Shown in pieces: positions 1-11,211 of a stretch of 32,000 nt of DNA. Origin of the DNA: Geotalea uraniireducens Rf4 (lineage in GTDB: Bacteria > Desulfobacterota > Desulfuromonadia > Geobacterales > Geobacteraceae); assembly GCF_000016745.1 (NCBI RefSeq), contig NC_009483.1:2430001-2462000 (forward strand), read 5' to 3'. The translations under genes were made by a program, and so were the position numbers. The notes under the pieces were generated by a model. The model did no database searches. It was not told the DNA's origin and saw nothing but the letters and a program-made list of their open reading frames with translations. Numbering within the stretch: position 1 is the stretch's first letter; every line of letters begins with the position of its first letter.

Positions 1-1065
1 CTCCTCCCGGGCCAGTTCGGCCAGGGCGAACACCGCCGCCTTTTTCATCTCCTCGTTGATGGTGGTGGCCCGTACGTCGAGGGCGCCGCGGAAGATGAAA
101 GGGAAGCCGAGGACGTTGTTCACCTGGTTGGGGTAGTCGGAGCGGCCGGTGGCTACGAGAACGTCACCCCTAACCGCCCGAGCCTCTTCCGGGGTTATTT
201 CCGGGTCCGGGTTGGCCATGGCGAAGATGATCGGGTTGGCTGCCATCTTGCGCACCATCTCCGGGGTGAACGCCCCCTTGGAGGAGAGGCCGAACAGAAC
301 GTCCGCCCCATCTGCGGCTTCTTCCAGGGTGCGGAGCTTTGTTTCGACGGCAAAGCGCTCCTTGTACTTGTTCATCCCCTCGGCGCGCCCCTTGTAGATG
401 ACCCCCTTGGTGTCGCACATTATCAGTTTTTCCGGTTTTACGCCCAGGGAGATGGCCAGGTTGGCGCAGGCGATGGCTGCCGCTCCGGCGCCGTTGATCA
501 CCAGCCTGATTTCGCCGATCTTCTTGCCGATCAGTTCCAGGGCATTGATGAGGGCAGCGGAGGAGATGATGGCAGTACCATGCTGGTCGTCATGGAAAAC
601 CGGAATGTTCATGGTTTTCTTAAGTTCTTCCTCGATATAGAAGCATTCCGGAGCCTTTATATCCTCAAGGTTGATGCCACCGAATGTGGGCTCAAGCAAC
701 TGGCAGACTTTAATGACTTCATCCGGGTTTTCAGAATTAACTTCGAGGTCGAAGACATCAATATCGGCAAAACGCTTGAAAAGAACCCCTTTACCTTCCA
801 TAACCGGTTTGCCGGCAAGCGCTCCGATGTTGCCCAGACCCAAGACGGCAGTTCCGTTTGAGATTACGGCAACCAGATTCCCTTTTGCGGTATATTTGAA
901 GGCGTCTTCCGGGTTTTTTTCAATTTCCAGGCAAGGTTCGGCGACACCCGGAGAATATGCCAGGGAAAGATCTCTGGAGGTAAGACATGGTTTTGAAGAA
1001 ATTACTTCTATCTTTCCTTTACGACCGCTTGAATGGTATTCCAGTGCATCCATTTTTTTTGTCAT
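1..1065 (-). CDS. NAD(P)-dependent malic enzyme, N-terminal 355 codons (3' end runs off the window)
   Basis: Own minus-strand translation gives [21 protein letters not shown]...[25 protein letters not shown]...[13 protein letters not shown]...[12 protein letters not shown]...[29 protein letters not shown], which are hallmark malic-enzyme blocks. GGAGGA lies about 8 nt upstream of the ATG at 1065. The ORF is not in the track because it has no stop in the window. Confidence 0.9.
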   Translation of the reverse strand, partial: MTKKMDALEYHSSGRKGKIEVISSKPCLTSRDLSLAYSPGVAEPCLEIEKNPEDAFKYTAKGNLVAVISNGTAVLGLGNIGALAGKPVMEGKGVLFKRFADIDVFDLEVNSENPDEVIKVCQLLEPTFGGINLEDIKAPECFYIEEELKKTMNIPVFHDDQHGTAIISSAALINALELIGKKIGEIRLVINGAGAAAIACANLAISLGVKPEKLIMCDTKGVIYKGRAEGMNKYKERFAVETKLRTLEEAADGADVLFGLSSKGAFTPEMVRKMAANPIIFAMANPDPEITPEEARAVRGDVLVATGRSDYPNQVNNVLGFPFIFRGALDVRATTINEEMKKAAVFALAELAREE

Positions 1066-1323
1066 TAAAAGTTTCCTCCTGGCAAATTGACCTGTTTTTA
1101 CTGTGGGTAAAATTTAGTTTGACGTCTAATTGTAACATGGTTTCTGAAAACCTAGTAATACCGAATGGTGATACATTACTCACTTTGATTATTGGTTGTC
1201 AAGAATTTATTCCCGGTAAAATAGAAAAACATTTTATTTTTAAGTTAATCATACTCTAAAAAGTTGTAAAGTTAGTGTATTTAAGATAATAATCCTGATA
1301 TTTACAAGTGCAAGAAGGGAAGC

Positions 1324-1827
1324 GTGCATATGGAAAGAATTTGGGCTCCATGGCGGATGGAATACATCGAAAATTGCAAGCCGGCCACCTGCATTTTTTG
1401 TGTCAGCAATGACGATGGCCGGGACAGGGAGCGGTTAATTCTTCATCGCAGCACCCTGTCGCTGGTAATGCTGAACCGTTACCCTTACACGAACGGACAT
1501 CTCATGATCGCACCATTTCGTCATACCGCCGATATGAGTACTCTTTCAGAAGAAGAAATGCTGGATCTCTTCAAGACTTTGAATCTTTGCCGCACCATCC
1601 TGCAGGAAACCGCCTCGCCGGAGGGATTCAATATCGGCATAAATCTTGGAAAATCAGCAGGAGCCGGCATTGACGACCATCTGCATTTGCATATTGTGCC
1701 GCGATGGAACGGTGACACGAATTTCATGTCCGTTATCGCTGATCTGCGGGTTATGCCGGAGAATCTGTTGACAACCTATGACCGGCTCCGTCCCGCTTTC
1801 CTTGCTGCACGAAAGGTGACGGCATGA
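1324..1827 (+). CDS. HIT (histidine triad) family nucleotide hydrolase/transferase
   Basis: Histidine-triad motif DDHLHLHIVPRW and N-terminal WAPWRMEYI, typical of the Ap4A-phosphorylase/GalT-like HIT branch. The true start may be the ATG at 1330. The stop overlaps the next gene's start (ATGA). Confidence 0.8.
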   Translation: MHMERIWAPWRMEYIENCKPATCIFCVSNDDGRDRERLILHRSTLSLVMLNRYPYTNGHLMIAPFRHTADMSTLSEEEMLDLFKTLNLCRTILQETASPEGFNIGINLGKSAGAGIDDHLHLHIVPRWNGDTNFMSVIADLRVMPENLLTTYDRLRPAFLAARKVTA

Positions 1828-2810
1828 TGTCGGGTTCTGCCGAGAAAATCTGCATCGGCATCGATGTCGGGGGGACAAATCTCAGATTTGCCCTGGTAGA
1901 CGAACTGGGTAAGGTTTTATTCAGGGAACGTCGATCGACAGAAATTCACCAAGGAAAAGAACAGTTTCTCAAACGGTTTTTCTCGGTTATCGCGTCATTA
2001 AGAACCTGGGCTGACTCTTCCGGCAAAGAGATCGTTGCCATAGGTGCAGGTGTGCCGGGACTCATCTCCAATGATGGGATCATTTATTCATCGGTGAATC
2101 TTCTGCCGCTGGAGGGACTTAATCTTCGCGAATTAATAACTGCCGCCGCCGGTTTGCCGGCCATTGTAGTCAATGACGCCAATGCTTCGGCATGGGGCGA
2201 AAAGTGTTATGGCGCAGGCAGGTCGATGAACTCTTTTCTCATGCTCACCTTGGGCACGGGTGTCGGTAGCGGCCTTGTACTTAATGACAAACTTTGGACC
2301 GGTTGCGATGGGGTGGCAGGAGAGTTTGGTCACGTTACAGTTGAACCCGATGGTAAACCTTGCCCATGCGGCAACCACGGCTGCCTTGAACAATACGCCT
2401 CTGCAACGGCCCTTGTTGCAGAGGCTGGCGAGGCCATCCAGGCTGGGGGAGGGGGAGCGCTTGCCAATGTTCCAGCTTCTATGCTCAATGCCGAAGTTCT
2501 TGCCGATGCTGCCCATGGTGGTGATGCGCTCGCCAAGGCCATCTTCGAGAATGCCGGACGCTATTTGGGAATTGCCTCTGCTGCTGCGGTAAACCTCCTG
2601 AATCTGGAGGGCATAATTTTGGGAGGCGGAGTGGCTGCAAGTTACGACCTCATCGTCGAACCTATGCGGCGTGAAATTCTTGCCCGTGCATTTGCCATTC
2701 CGGCCCGGAGAGTCCGTCTCGTCAGGGCGGAATTGGAAGACGATGCGGGCATTCTCGGTGCTGCCGCAATGGCGCTGGCCAGCGTTAAGTCTGACTTATC
2801 AAATGAATGA
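1824..2810 (+). CDS. glk: ROK-family glucokinase
   Basis: N-terminal ATP-binding GIDVGGTNLRFALVD and ROK zinc motif CPCGNHGCLEQYAS. Located next to pfk. Confidence 0.8.
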   Translation: MMSGSAEKICIGIDVGGTNLRFALVDELGKVLFRERRSTEIHQGKEQFLKRFFSVIASLRTWADSSGKEIVAIGAGVPGLISNDGIIYSSVNLLPLEGLNLRELITAAAGLPAIVVNDANASAWGEKCYGAGRSMNSFLMLTLGTGVGSGLVLNDKLWTGCDGVAGEFGHVTVEPDGKPCPCGNHGCLEQYASATALVAEAGEAIQAGGGGALANVPASMLNAEVLADAAHGGDALAKAIFENAGRYLGIASAAAVNLLNLEGIILGGGVAASYDLIVEPMRREILARAFAIPARRVRLVRAELEDDAGILGAAAMALASVKSDLSNE

Positions 2811-2834
2811 ATTACTTCCTTCAAAGGAGCGTCT

Positions 2835-3923
2835 ATGAAAAAACGTATCGGCATACTTACCGGTGGTGGCGATTGCCCTGGACTCAACGCGGTTATCAGG
2901 GGCGTGGTAACGGCTGCCATCATAAAATATGATTGGGAGGTTGTTGGGGTTGAAGACGGATTCGATGGCCTTTTGAACAGTGAAAAGTGTCGTCAACTTT
3001 CACTGGAAGATGTGCGCGGCATTCTTCCCCGCGGAGGGACCATACTCGGTACAACAAACCGGGGAAATCCCTTCTCATATCCTGTCGAAAAAAATGGTAA
3101 AATCGAATATATTGATATTTCCGAGAGCGTTATTGACCGTATCAAGGCTATGGGTATCGATGCCCTTGTGGTTGTAGGTGGTGACGGCTCATTGAAGATC
3201 GCCATGGAACTGATGAGCAAGGGGGTTCCCATTGTCGGCGTACCGAAAACTATCGATAACGATCTTATGGAAACCGATGTGACCTTCGGCTATAACACAG
3301 CCCTGGAAACTGCCACCGATGCCCTCGACAAGCTGCATTCAACCGCGGAAAGTCATCATCGTGTCATGATAATGGAGGTGATGGGGAGATATGCCGGTTG
3401 GATAGCCCTGGAATCGGGAATTGCCGGTGGTGCCGATGTCATTCTTATCCCGGAAATCCCATTCGACATTAAAAAAATCTGTCATGCCATTGATGAGAGA
3501 CGCAAAAAGGGGAGCCGGTTCAGCATTATAGTTGCAGCTGAAGGTGCTTTCCCTGATGGAGGTAAACGGGTCGTAAAGCAGAATGCCGACTCTGCCCATT
3601 CCATTGAGCGCCTGGGAGGAGTCGGTGAGTATATCGCCGGGGAACTTTCAGGCTGTCTCGACATGGACGTCAGGGTGACGGTACTGGGTCACCTGCAGCG
3701 CGGCGGTTCGCCATCGACTTTCGATCGCTGCCTCGGTAGCCGCTTTGGGGTCAAGGCCCTTGAACTCATTGCTAAAAACGAATTCGGCAGGATGGTCTGC
3801 CTGAATGGACGAAGCATCAAATCGGTTTCCATAGAAAAGGCTGTAAGGAAACTCAAACTGGTCGATCCGGACGGTGAGATGGTAAAATGCGCCGAAGAGT
3901 TGGGGATAATGCTCGGCAGATAA
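2835..3923 (+). CDS. pfkA: 6-phosphofructokinase
   Basis: GILTGGGDCPGLNAVIRG, VVGGDGS, PKTIDNDL and MGRYAGW are canonical PFK motifs. GGAG lies upstream of the ATG. Confidence 0.9.
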   Translation: MKKRIGILTGGGDCPGLNAVIRGVVTAAIIKYDWEVVGVEDGFDGLLNSEKCRQLSLEDVRGILPRGGTILGTTNRGNPFSYPVEKNGKIEYIDISESVIDRIKAMGIDALVVVGGDGSLKIAMELMSKGVPIVGVPKTIDNDLMETDVTFGYNTALETATDALDKLHSTAESHHRVMIMEVMGRYAGWIALESGIAGGADVILIPEIPFDIKKICHAIDERRKKGSRFSIIVAAEGAFPDGGKRVVKQNADSAHSIERLGGVGEYIAGELSGCLDMDVRVTVLGHLQRGGSPSTFDRCLGSRFGVKALELIAKNEFGRMVCLNGRSIKSVSIEKAVRKLKLVDPDGEMVKCAEELGIMLGR

Positions 3924-4027
3924 GGTTTAAGAATTGACTTTACCTAATGCCTGCCTTAGACTGGGTGCGGTTATTATATGAAACGACCGGCCTGTACGGT
4001 CAATTCGGTACCGGAGGTTGATAGTAC

Positions 4028-6019
4028 ATGGGTAAACAACTAGGCTCTATAAAAAGAAGTCAGCTCTATGCTGTTTTGGGCTTGATCCTAGGGATCGGCG
4101 CACCGGTAGGCTGGACAGTTGTGCGTCTTATTTTTTTTCGTGATAATGCGCTCCCTGCCTGGTCACAGGTGTTGCCAGATGTGATAAAAACCCCGTATAA
4201 CATCTCACTCTATACCTATATGGGGATTGGGACGGGGTTGATGCTTACCTTTCTGGGCCATTTTATAGGAAAGGCCAGTGACGAACTGCACAAGAGGGCT
4301 GTTGAACTGGATATCCTGCACCGGGAGGTTGCATCACAAAAGGAAATATTCGAAAACCGTTATAAAGTTCTCGACAACAACATCAAAAACTTTCATCAGA
4401 TCAGCAGCCGGATTCAAAAATCCATTAATATTCAGGAAGTACTTTCCCTCTGTGCCGAGGGACTTCATGACATCCTTGGCTATGAGAGGGTAAACCTCCT
4501 GATGGCGGATGACGAGAGGAAGGAATTGTGTTTTGTTGCAGCGACAGGATCCGACAACTTTGACAGATCCAACATTGCCCTACCTCTTGATAGCCGGAGC
4601 GGCATCATATATAAATGTTTTACTGAAAAAAAATTATATCTTATTGATAACATCAACAAATACCCATCGGAATTTCATCTGAAACCTCCCTATGATACGA
4701 TCCATCCCCTTCGCTCCCGCAGTTTTGTTCTTTGCCCGATAGTGGTCAAGGGTGAATCGGTGGGGGTTTTCGGCATAGACAACAAACTGAGCCAGAGGGC
4801 GTTAAACGACACCGACTCCGATACCATAAAGCTTTTTGCCGATCAGGCCGCTTCTGCAATAACAAGGATCAATCTCCTGCAGGCAATCGATACCTTGACC
4901 TTGGAACTGGGAAAAACCTTTTCCGAGCTCCTGCAGAACAGGGAGATATATTCCCGTAATGTATTCAATCTTAAATCATCTGTAGGCTCACTGGCCGATA
5001 GCACTGCACATATCGCCTCAGCCTCCGAAAGCGTCATGGCCTCCGTGGATGATACGAGCGCGTCTGTCAGCGAAATCTCGGTTGCAACCGAACAGGTTAC
5101 CAGGAATCTTGACTTTCTTTCGGAAACAGTGGACAAGTCGGTATCCGCCATGGAAGAGATTACCAGGTCTTTAAAGCATGTGGAAAACAACACCGTCGTT
5201 TCACATAACGTATCCAGCCAGGTTAAATCGCACTGCGATAAGATCAGGACAGTGGTAACGGAGACGATTGCCTCTCTGGCGGAAATCCAGAAGGCGGTAG
5301 AACTTTCCTATGAGGGAATCAAGCGTCTAAGCGAAAACAGCACCCGTATCGACAGCATCGTCAATGTCATCAACGACATTACCAAGCGCACCAATCTGCT
5401 GGCCTTGAACGCCTCTATCATTGCCGCACAGGCCGGTGAATTCGGAAAGAGTTTCGGCGTAGTCGCTGATGAAATTCGCAACCTTTCCCTTCAGACCGGT
5501 CTATCCACCGGAGAGATTACATCGATTATCGAAGAGATAATGAACGAATCGAGGCTTGCTGCAGACAATATAGCCATCACGAAAGAACTGGTGCAGAAAG
5601 GCGTCAAGCTTGGTCATGAGACGGGCGCGGCATTAGGCATGATTGTCGAGAGTTCGCAGCATGCCATGGAAATGACCGAACAGATCAAGAATGCCACTGA
5701 AGAGCAAACTACAAGCGTCCAGTTGGTGACCCAGTCCATCGAAGATGTGAGCACGATGACCTCACAGATATTCAACGCCTCGAAGGAGCAGTCGAACGCC
5801 ACCAGAAATATCGCCTATGCCATCGATTCGATAAAGACGATGACTCAGGAGATGGTCAATTCCACAGGGAGACAGGTGGAAGATGGCACTGAAATAAGAA
5901 AGTCCGTGGAAGCGGTCAGTTGTATGGTGGTCGGTATTTTCGACGATTTGGAAAAGCGCCAGGAGGATAGCGGTGCGGTTGTTCAGGAACTGGAGGTCAT
6001 GAAGGCAAACGCCGGCTAA
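4028..6019 (+). CDS. Methyl-accepting chemotaxis protein with N-terminal TM segments and a GAF-like domain
   Basis: Highly conserved MCP signalling hairpin [33 protein letters not shown]. Two hydrophobic N-terminal segments. The central region ([19 protein letters not shown]...VFGIDN) is GAF-like. Confidence 0.85.
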   Translation: MGKQLGSIKRSQLYAVLGLILGIGAPVGWTVVRLIFFRDNALPAWSQVLPDVIKTPYNISLYTYMGIGTGLMLTFLGHFIGKASDELHKRAVELDILHREVASQKEIFENRYKVLDNNIKNFHQISSRIQKSINIQEVLSLCAEGLHDILGYERVNLLMADDERKELCFVAATGSDNFDRSNIALPLDSRSGIIYKCFTEKKLYLIDNINKYPSEFHLKPPYDTIHPLRSRSFVLCPIVVKGESVGVFGIDNKLSQRALNDTDSDTIKLFADQAASAITRINLLQAIDTLTLELGKTFSELLQNREIYSRNVFNLKSSVGSLADSTAHIASASESVMASVDDTSASVSEISVATEQVTRNLDFLSETVDKSVSAMEEITRSLKHVENNTVVSHNVSSQVKSHCDKIRTVVTETIASLAEIQKAVELSYEGIKRLSENSTRIDSIVNVINDITKRTNLLALNASIIAAQAGEFGKSFGVVADEIRNLSLQTGLSTGEITSIIEEIMNESRLAADNIAITKELVQKGVKLGHETGAALGMIVESSQHAMEMTEQIKNATEEQTTSVQLVTQSIEDVSTMTSQIFNASKEQSNATRNIAYAIDSIKTMTQEMVNSTGRQVEDGTEIRKSVEAVSCMVVGIFDDLEKRQEDSGAVVQELEVMKANAG

Positions 6020-6202
6020 ATAGTGTCCATCCGGAAACCTCGGACGAGAAACTAGTGGACATTTACACATTTCGTGTGCTACAAATCGAACATTGTTCCA
6101 AAAACGCGGACCGTAACATGTGCGGATCCAATGCGTTTCACGAGTAAACACAATTAAATACCGCCAGGATTCCATGTGAACCGGGACGGGAGGCAATAGC
6201 TA

Positions 6203-6265
6203 AAAAGAGATATGACTCTCTTTTGACGTTTATAAGCGCCCTCCGTTTCGAGGGCGCTTTTTTTG
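6203..6265 (+). promoter_or_regulatory. Two tandem stem-loops, the second an intrinsic terminator, immediately upstream of panB (candidate pan-operon leader/attenuator)
   Basis: AAGAGA-TATGAC-TCTCTT, then AAGCGCCCTC-CGTTTC-GAGGGCGCTT followed by TTTTTTT, ending about 14 nt before the panB start. Confidence 0.5.
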
Positions 6266-6278
6266 TCGGAGAAAGACG

Positions 6279-7082
6279 TTGAAGAAAACAAAAACCATTC
6301 TTGATATTCTGAAAATGAAGTCTGACGGAGAGAAGATAACAGTACTTACCTGTTATGATTATGCGACTGCCGGGATCATGGACGGCTGCGGCATCGACAT
6401 GATACTGGTCGGTGATTCAGCGGGCGTTGTCTGCGCCGGTTATGACAACACCCTCCCTGTAACCATGGAAGAAATGATCTATCATACCAAAGCGGTTATG
6501 AGGGCGAATCCCAAGGCGTTGGTTGTATCGGACATGCCGTTTCTTTCCTATCAGATCGATCTCGCAACGGCCAGACTTAACGCCGGCCGCCTTATAAAAG
6601 AGGCTGGCGCCGCGGCCGTCAAATTGGAAGGTGGCCTCAATGTCGTTGCGACCATAGAGGCAATCGTCGCTATGGACGTCCCAGTCATGGGGCACATTGG
6701 CCTCACACCCCAATCTCTTCACCGTATGGGCGGCTATCGGGTGCAGGGGCGAAAGGATGAGCAGGCTGAGAAACTGCTTGCCGATGCCCGTGCCGTTGAG
6801 GCTGCCGGTGCCTTTGCCGTAGTTCTCGAAGGGATTCCGATGCGGCTGGCCGAGCGTATCACGCGGGAATTGACCATTCCAACCATCGGCATCGGCGCCG
6901 GTCCATCCTGCGACGGCCAGGTACTGGTAATACACGATATCCTCGGGTTGTGCGAAAAATATTCACCGAAATTCGTCAAGCAGTACGTTGATCTCAAGCC
7001 GATCATGGCGGAGGCGATAAACTCATACATCGCAGAGGTAAAAGGCGGCGCATTCCCTACGGAAGGACATTCTTTTCACTGA
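6279..7082 (+). CDS. panB: 3-methyl-2-oxobutanoate hydroxymethyltransferase
   Basis: [25 protein letters not shown] and VKLEGG blocks. TTG start as given by the ORF track. First gene of the panBCD cluster. Confidence 0.92.
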   Translation: MKKTKTILDILKMKSDGEKITVLTCYDYATAGIMDGCGIDMILVGDSAGVVCAGYDNTLPVTMEEMIYHTKAVMRANPKALVVSDMPFLSYQIDLATARLNAGRLIKEAGAAAVKLEGGLNVVATIEAIVAMDVPVMGHIGLTPQSLHRMGGYRVQGRKDEQAEKLLADARAVEAAGAFAVVLEGIPMRLAERITRELTIPTIGIGAGPSCDGQVLVIHDILGLCEKYSPKFVKQYVDLKPIMAEAINSYIAEVKGGAFPTEGHSFH

Positions 7083-7930
7083 TGAAGCTTATTGAATCCA
7101 TAGAAGAAATGCAGTCCACGGCTATCAATGCCAGGCAGGCCGGTAAAACCGTTGCCCTGGTCCCGACCATGGGGTATCTCCATGCAGGCCACGCTTCGCT
7201 CATGGATGAAGGGCGAAAGCGTGCGGACATTCTGGTTGCGAGCATCTTTGTCAATCCCACCCAGTTCGGAGCTGGAGAGGATTTCAACACGTACCCGCGA
7301 GACCTGGAAAAGGACAAGCTGATAGCAAAGGCTGCCGGGGTGGATTATATCTTCGCGCCCAAGGCTTCGGATATGTATCCGACCGGATATCAAACGTACG
7401 TGAATGTGGAAAAGTTGACTCGCCCTCTCTGCGGTGCGAGCCGTCCCGGCCATTTCCGCGGCGTGACGACGGTGGTGGCCAAGCTGTTCAATATCGTCAT
7501 GCCTCATCTGGCCCTGTTCGGCAAGAAGGATTTCCAGCAGTTGACGGTAATCCGGCGCATGGCGGCAGACCTGAACATGACCGTGCAGATCGTCGGCATG
7601 CCGATTGTCCGCGAGTCAGACGGGCTGGCCATGAGCTCCCGCAATGCATACCTGTCCCAAGCCGAACGTCAGAGCGCGCTCTGTCTCTCCCTTGCACTGC
7701 AGTCGGTCAGGGGCGCATTTCGCTCAGGAGAAAGATCGGTCGAAGCTCTCAGGAAACTGGCTCTTGATATAATCAACGCGGAAGCATTTGCTGTGATCGA
7801 TTATGTGGAATTTTATCACGAGGCAACGCTCACCGAGGTCGAACAGGCGGATGACCGGACATTGGTAGCATTGGCTGTAAAAATCGGAAAAACCAGGCTT
7901 ATCGATAACTGTGTATTAGGGGAGGATTAA
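7082..7930 (+). CDS. panC: Pantoate--beta-alanine ligase
   Basis: [15 protein letters not shown] (HIGH-like), FVNPTQF and FGKKDFQQ. The start overlaps the panB stop. Confidence 0.92.
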   Translation: MKLIESIEEMQSTAINARQAGKTVALVPTMGYLHAGHASLMDEGRKRADILVASIFVNPTQFGAGEDFNTYPRDLEKDKLIAKAAGVDYIFAPKASDMYPTGYQTYVNVEKLTRPLCGASRPGHFRGVTTVVAKLFNIVMPHLALFGKKDFQQLTVIRRMAADLNMTVQIVGMPIVRESDGLAMSSRNAYLSQAERQSALCLSLALQSVRGAFRSGERSVEALRKLALDIINAEAFAVIDYVEFYHEATLTEVEQADDRTLVALAVKIGKTRLIDNCVLGED

Positions 7931-7934
7931 TCAG

Positions 7935-8333
7935 ATGGACAGAAAAATGCTCAAAAGCAAGATCCACAGGGCGACGGTAACGGGCGCCGACCTTCATTAC
8001 GAAGGGAGCATCACCATTGACAAGGACCTAATGGAAGCCGCCGACATCATCCCTTACGAAGCGGTTTGCATCTGGGATGTGGATAATGGCAGCCGTTTCG
8101 AGACCTATGCCATTGAGGGGGAGCGCGGTTCCGGCGTTATCTGTATCAACGGGGCCGCGGCACGTATGGTTGCGCCGAAGGATCTGGTAATCATAGCAAG
8201 TTTTGTTAATATGAATAATGAAGAAGCCCTCAAGCACGAACCAAAACTGGTCTTTGTCGATGATCAGAACCGGATGCTCCCTGCACGCAAGGAAGTAGCA
8301 GGGCAGGGGACTTTGAAGAAGGTTGCCTGGTAG
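7935..8333 (+). CDS. panD: Aspartate 1-decarboxylase proenzyme
   Basis: [25 protein letters not shown], including the Gly-Ser self-cleavage site. The true start may be the Met 4 codons in. Confidence 0.92.
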   Translation: MDRKMLKSKIHRATVTGADLHYEGSITIDKDLMEAADIIPYEAVCIWDVDNGSRFETYAIEGERGSGVICINGAAARMVAPKDLVIIASFVNMNNEEALKHEPKLVFVDDQNRMLPARKEVAGQGTLKKVAW

Positions 8334-8387
8334 CAAAAAGCAGGCGAGTGGCACGAGGCTGAAGGTGAAAGCTTAACCGGGGTATTC

Positions 8388-9635
8388 ATGCAGATATTTG
8401 CCGCTTCATACGTGCTTCCCATATCGTCACCACCTATTGCGGGTGGAGCTGTTGCTGTGCATGACGGTCGGATCATGGATGTCGGGACGCTTGATAATCT
8501 GCGTGCCGCCTGGAATGCGCCGGTCCTGGATTACCCCGACAGCATCATGATTCCCGGCCTGGTTAATGCCCACGCACACCTGGAATTAACCCATTTCCCC
8601 GCCTGGAAGATGCGTAAAGACCTCGATTATGCACCCAGAACCTACGTCGACTGGGTGATTCAGGTCATCAAGATCAAGCGCGGGCTTGAAATTCAGGAGC
8701 TGGAGGCGTCCTTGCTGGAGGGGATTCGCATATCCCTTGAAGCAGGAACAACTGCCATCGGTGATGTCATCAGCGACCGGAGACTACTCCCAGCCTATAA
8801 CGGCTCAACCTTCACCGGCAGGCTATTTTTCGAAGCGTTGGGCCAGGAACCCGCTTCGTGCAAAGCCCTTGCAGGCAAGCTCGAAGAAACGCTCCGCACC
8901 TTCAGTGCACGCGATATCCTGCCGGGTCTGTCACCCCATGCCCCCCATACCCTTTCTCCGGCTTTTTTTCAGGATCTGAAACGACTCGCGGAGTCTCTGT
9001 CGGTTCCCCTGATGACACACCTGTCGGAATCTCCTGAAGAAGCCGCTTTCATGCACGATTCTACGGGAAGAATTGCCGAGTTGCTCTATCCCTTCGTCCA
9101 CTGGGAGGATTATCTGCCAGCGCCGATGCGCACGACTTCCGCAGCCTATCTTGATAGCCTTGGCGTCCTGGATTCATCCACCATAGCCGTCCATTGCGTG
9201 CACATCACCCCTGCCGATGCGGAAATTCTCAAAAAGCGCGGCGTTCGTGCCGTCATCTGCCCCCGAAGCAACGACAAGCTCGCTGTTGGCAGAGCGCCTG
9301 CTCACTTATTGAAAACGGCAGGAATTCCACTGGCGCTTGGTACTGATTCCCTGGCCAGTAACGATTCCCTTTCCCTGTGGGATGAAATGCGCTTTGTTTT
9401 AGCCGATACCCCGGACGCATTCACCCCTGAAGAGCTTTTGCGCATGGCTTCTTTGGGCGGGGCCGAGGTGCTGGGACTGGATAAGGAAACCGGGTCGCTG
9501 GAGAAGGGGAAAAGAGCCGACTTTCTGGTGATCGGCAATCCTAAAGGTGCGTCTGGTAAGGATATGCATCGTGCACTGATAGAAGAGGGGCGATTGGCTG
9601 AAGTATTTGTCGCCGGTGTGCCGATTACGGTATAA
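8388..9635 (+). CDS. Metal-dependent amidohydrolase (chlorohydrolase/aminodeoxyfutalosine-deaminase-like family)
   Basis: PGLVNAHAHLELT HxH metal motif, later HLSES and GTDSLASN blocks typical of the amidohydrolase_1 superfamily. Substrate cannot be determined from sequence alone. Confidence 0.75.
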   Translation: MQIFAASYVLPISSPPIAGGAVAVHDGRIMDVGTLDNLRAAWNAPVLDYPDSIMIPGLVNAHAHLELTHFPAWKMRKDLDYAPRTYVDWVIQVIKIKRGLEIQELEASLLEGIRISLEAGTTAIGDVISDRRLLPAYNGSTFTGRLFFEALGQEPASCKALAGKLEETLRTFSARDILPGLSPHAPHTLSPAFFQDLKRLAESLSVPLMTHLSESPEEAAFMHDSTGRIAELLYPFVHWEDYLPAPMRTTSAAYLDSLGVLDSSTIAVHCVHITPADAEILKKRGVRAVICPRSNDKLAVGRAPAHLLKTAGIPLALGTDSLASNDSLSLWDEMRFVLADTPDAFTPEELLRMASLGGAEVLGLDKETGSLEKGKRADFLVIGNPKGASGKDMHRALIEEGRLAEVFVAGVPITV

Positions 9636-9659
9636 TCCGGATCAAAAGGAATTTTAATT

Positions 9660-10169
9660 ATGCGACATGCCCGTATCTTGAGACTTGTCCTGATCTGGCT
9701 GATAATTTTTTCTACAACCGGCGCCGCATGGGCGAAGGTCATGCGCCAGTACCAGGGGAAGCTCAACATCAACAGCGCTTCAGCCGCCGATTTTAGCCGC
9801 CTTCCGGGGGTCGGCGAGGTGATCGGGTTCCGCATCGTCAAGGAACGGGAGCACCGGGGAAAATTCTCCGACATAAAAGATTTGCAAGGGGTGAAAGGGA
9901 TTTCACCGCGTATTTATAACGGCATTAAAGGCTATGTTGCAATGCAGGGGGAAAGCAAGCTTCAGGTCCATATCGACCTGAACACCATCACTAAATCCCT
10001 TCTGCTCGGCCTCCCCGGAATGACCGTCGGTGAGGCGCGATCCATCATCGGTTATCGCAAGGCCAAGGCGTTCACATCCGTCGAAGAGCTGAAGCAGGTA
10101 CCGGGCATCGACGAAAAGCGCATGCACGAGCTTTCGGAGTGGCTAACCGTTGTCAAGCAAAGAAGATAA
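9660..10169 (+). CDS. comEA: ComEA-like secreted helix-hairpin-helix DNA-binding protein (two HhH modules)
   Basis: Signal peptide, then two copies of the pattern (L/I)N(I/T)..A....L..LPG(V/M)G......I..(R/Y)R...G.F.S...L..V.GI. Confidence 0.75.
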   Translation: MRHARILRLVLIWLIIFSTTGAAWAKVMRQYQGKLNINSASAADFSRLPGVGEVIGFRIVKEREHRGKFSDIKDLQGVKGISPRIYNGIKGYVAMQGESKLQVHIDLNTITKSLLLGLPGMTVGEARSIIGYRKAKAFTSVEELKQVPGIDEKRMHELSEWLTVVKQRR

Positions 10170-10222
10170 ATTATGTCCTTATTCCCTTGCACTATTCATG
10201 CTGAATTTGCTAACATGTAGAT

Positions 10223-10678
10223 ATGTCGGAAAAGTTGATCTGCAACAATAAAAAAGCCTATCACGATTACTTCATCGAGGAGAAGTTCGAAGCGGGCATG
10301 GTGCTCAAGGGCACCGAGGTAAAGTCGCTGCGAATAGGCAAGGCAAACCTGAATGATTCGTTTGCCCTGGTGAAAAACGGCGAGGCTTTTCTGCATAATC
10401 TCCACATTTCCCCCTACGATTTCGGCAACCGTGAAAACCACGATCCTGATCGGATGCGAAAACTCCTCCTCCACAAGAAGGAGATCGGCAAGCTCTTCAG
10501 CATGATCCGGGAACAGGGATACACCGTTGTGCCGCTCCGGCTCTATTTCAAGGACGGCTTGGTCAAGGTCGAAGTGGGGCTGGCCAAAGGTAAAAAACTT
10601 TACGACAAGCGCGAAGACATGAAAAAGAAGGATATGCGCAGGGATGTTGCGGTAGCTTTGAAGGAAAGAAACAGATAG
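10223..10678 (+). CDS. smpB: SsrA-binding protein SmpB
   Basis: [29 protein letters not shown] and the C-terminal basic tail. Directly upstream of tmRNA. Confidence 0.95.
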   Translation: MSEKLICNNKKAYHDYFIEEKFEAGMVLKGTEVKSLRIGKANLNDSFALVKNGEAFLHNLHISPYDFGNRENHDPDRMRKLLLHKKEIGKLFSMIREQGYTVVPLRLYFKDGLVKVEVGLAKGKKLYDKREDMKKKDMRRDVAVALKERNR

Positions 10679-10774
10679 AGGCGGTCGATAGTCGTCGGTT
10701 AATGGTAAATTCATTCACAACAATTGATTCACAACGATTTTTCTATCGACCATAAACCATAAACTGATTTAAAC

Positions 10775-11128
10775 GGGGGTGTAAAGGTTTCGACGGGGGT
10801 AATAAGCAAAGGTTGCATGCCGAGGTCCGGGTGGCTCGTTAAACAATCCGGGACGTTTTTAAACGCCGATAATTATAATTACGCTTTAGCAGCTTAATAA
10901 CCTGCTAACGATCTACCGCGCCTCTCCCATGGGTTAGGATAGATCGTCATTTTAGTGGGATAGCCGAGGGGAGGGCCTGTGGTCCCGAGGCGAAACTTTA
11001 GCAGGATCGAAATCCAGATATCCCGGCCAGTGGAGCTTTGGATGGCTAAAATAAAAACTGGTATAAGCATGTAGACGCCTTTCGTGTACGATCTTCGGAC
11101 GCGGGTTCGATTCCCGCCACCTCCACCA
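10775..11128 (+). ncRNA. ssrA: tmRNA (SsrA), tag reading frame encoding ADNYNYALAA
   Basis: 5' GGGGGTGTAAAGGTTTCGACGGGGG and 3' GGACGCGGGTTCGATTCCCGCCACCTCCACCA form the tRNA-Ala-like acceptor/T-arm. Internal frame GCC GAT AAT TAT AAT TAC GCT TTA GCA GCT TAA TAA. Confidence 0.95.
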
Positions 11129-11172
11129 TTTGAATGAATTCGAACCATCGTCAGGTTCGGTTTCAGATTCGG

Positions 11173-11211
11173 AAAAATGCCCCTTAGGATTTATCCTAAG
11201 GGGCATTTTTT
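11173..11211 (+). terminator. Intrinsic terminator after ssrA
   Basis: AAAAATGCCCCTTAGGAT-TT-ATCCTAAGGGGCATTTTTT, a long perfect stem plus a T-run. Confidence 0.85.

Noticed and set aside
149-1259. Several plus-strand ORFs of 80-139 aa at the window start
   Set aside because: They overlap the minus-strand malic-enzyme gene, whose translation is unmistakable. The plus-strand products have no recognisable features.
10196-10714. 172-aa minus-strand ORF
   Set aside because: It is antisense to smpB, which is unambiguous.
10894-11206. Two 84-aa minus-strand ORFs
   Set aside because: They lie inside the tmRNA gene and its terminator.
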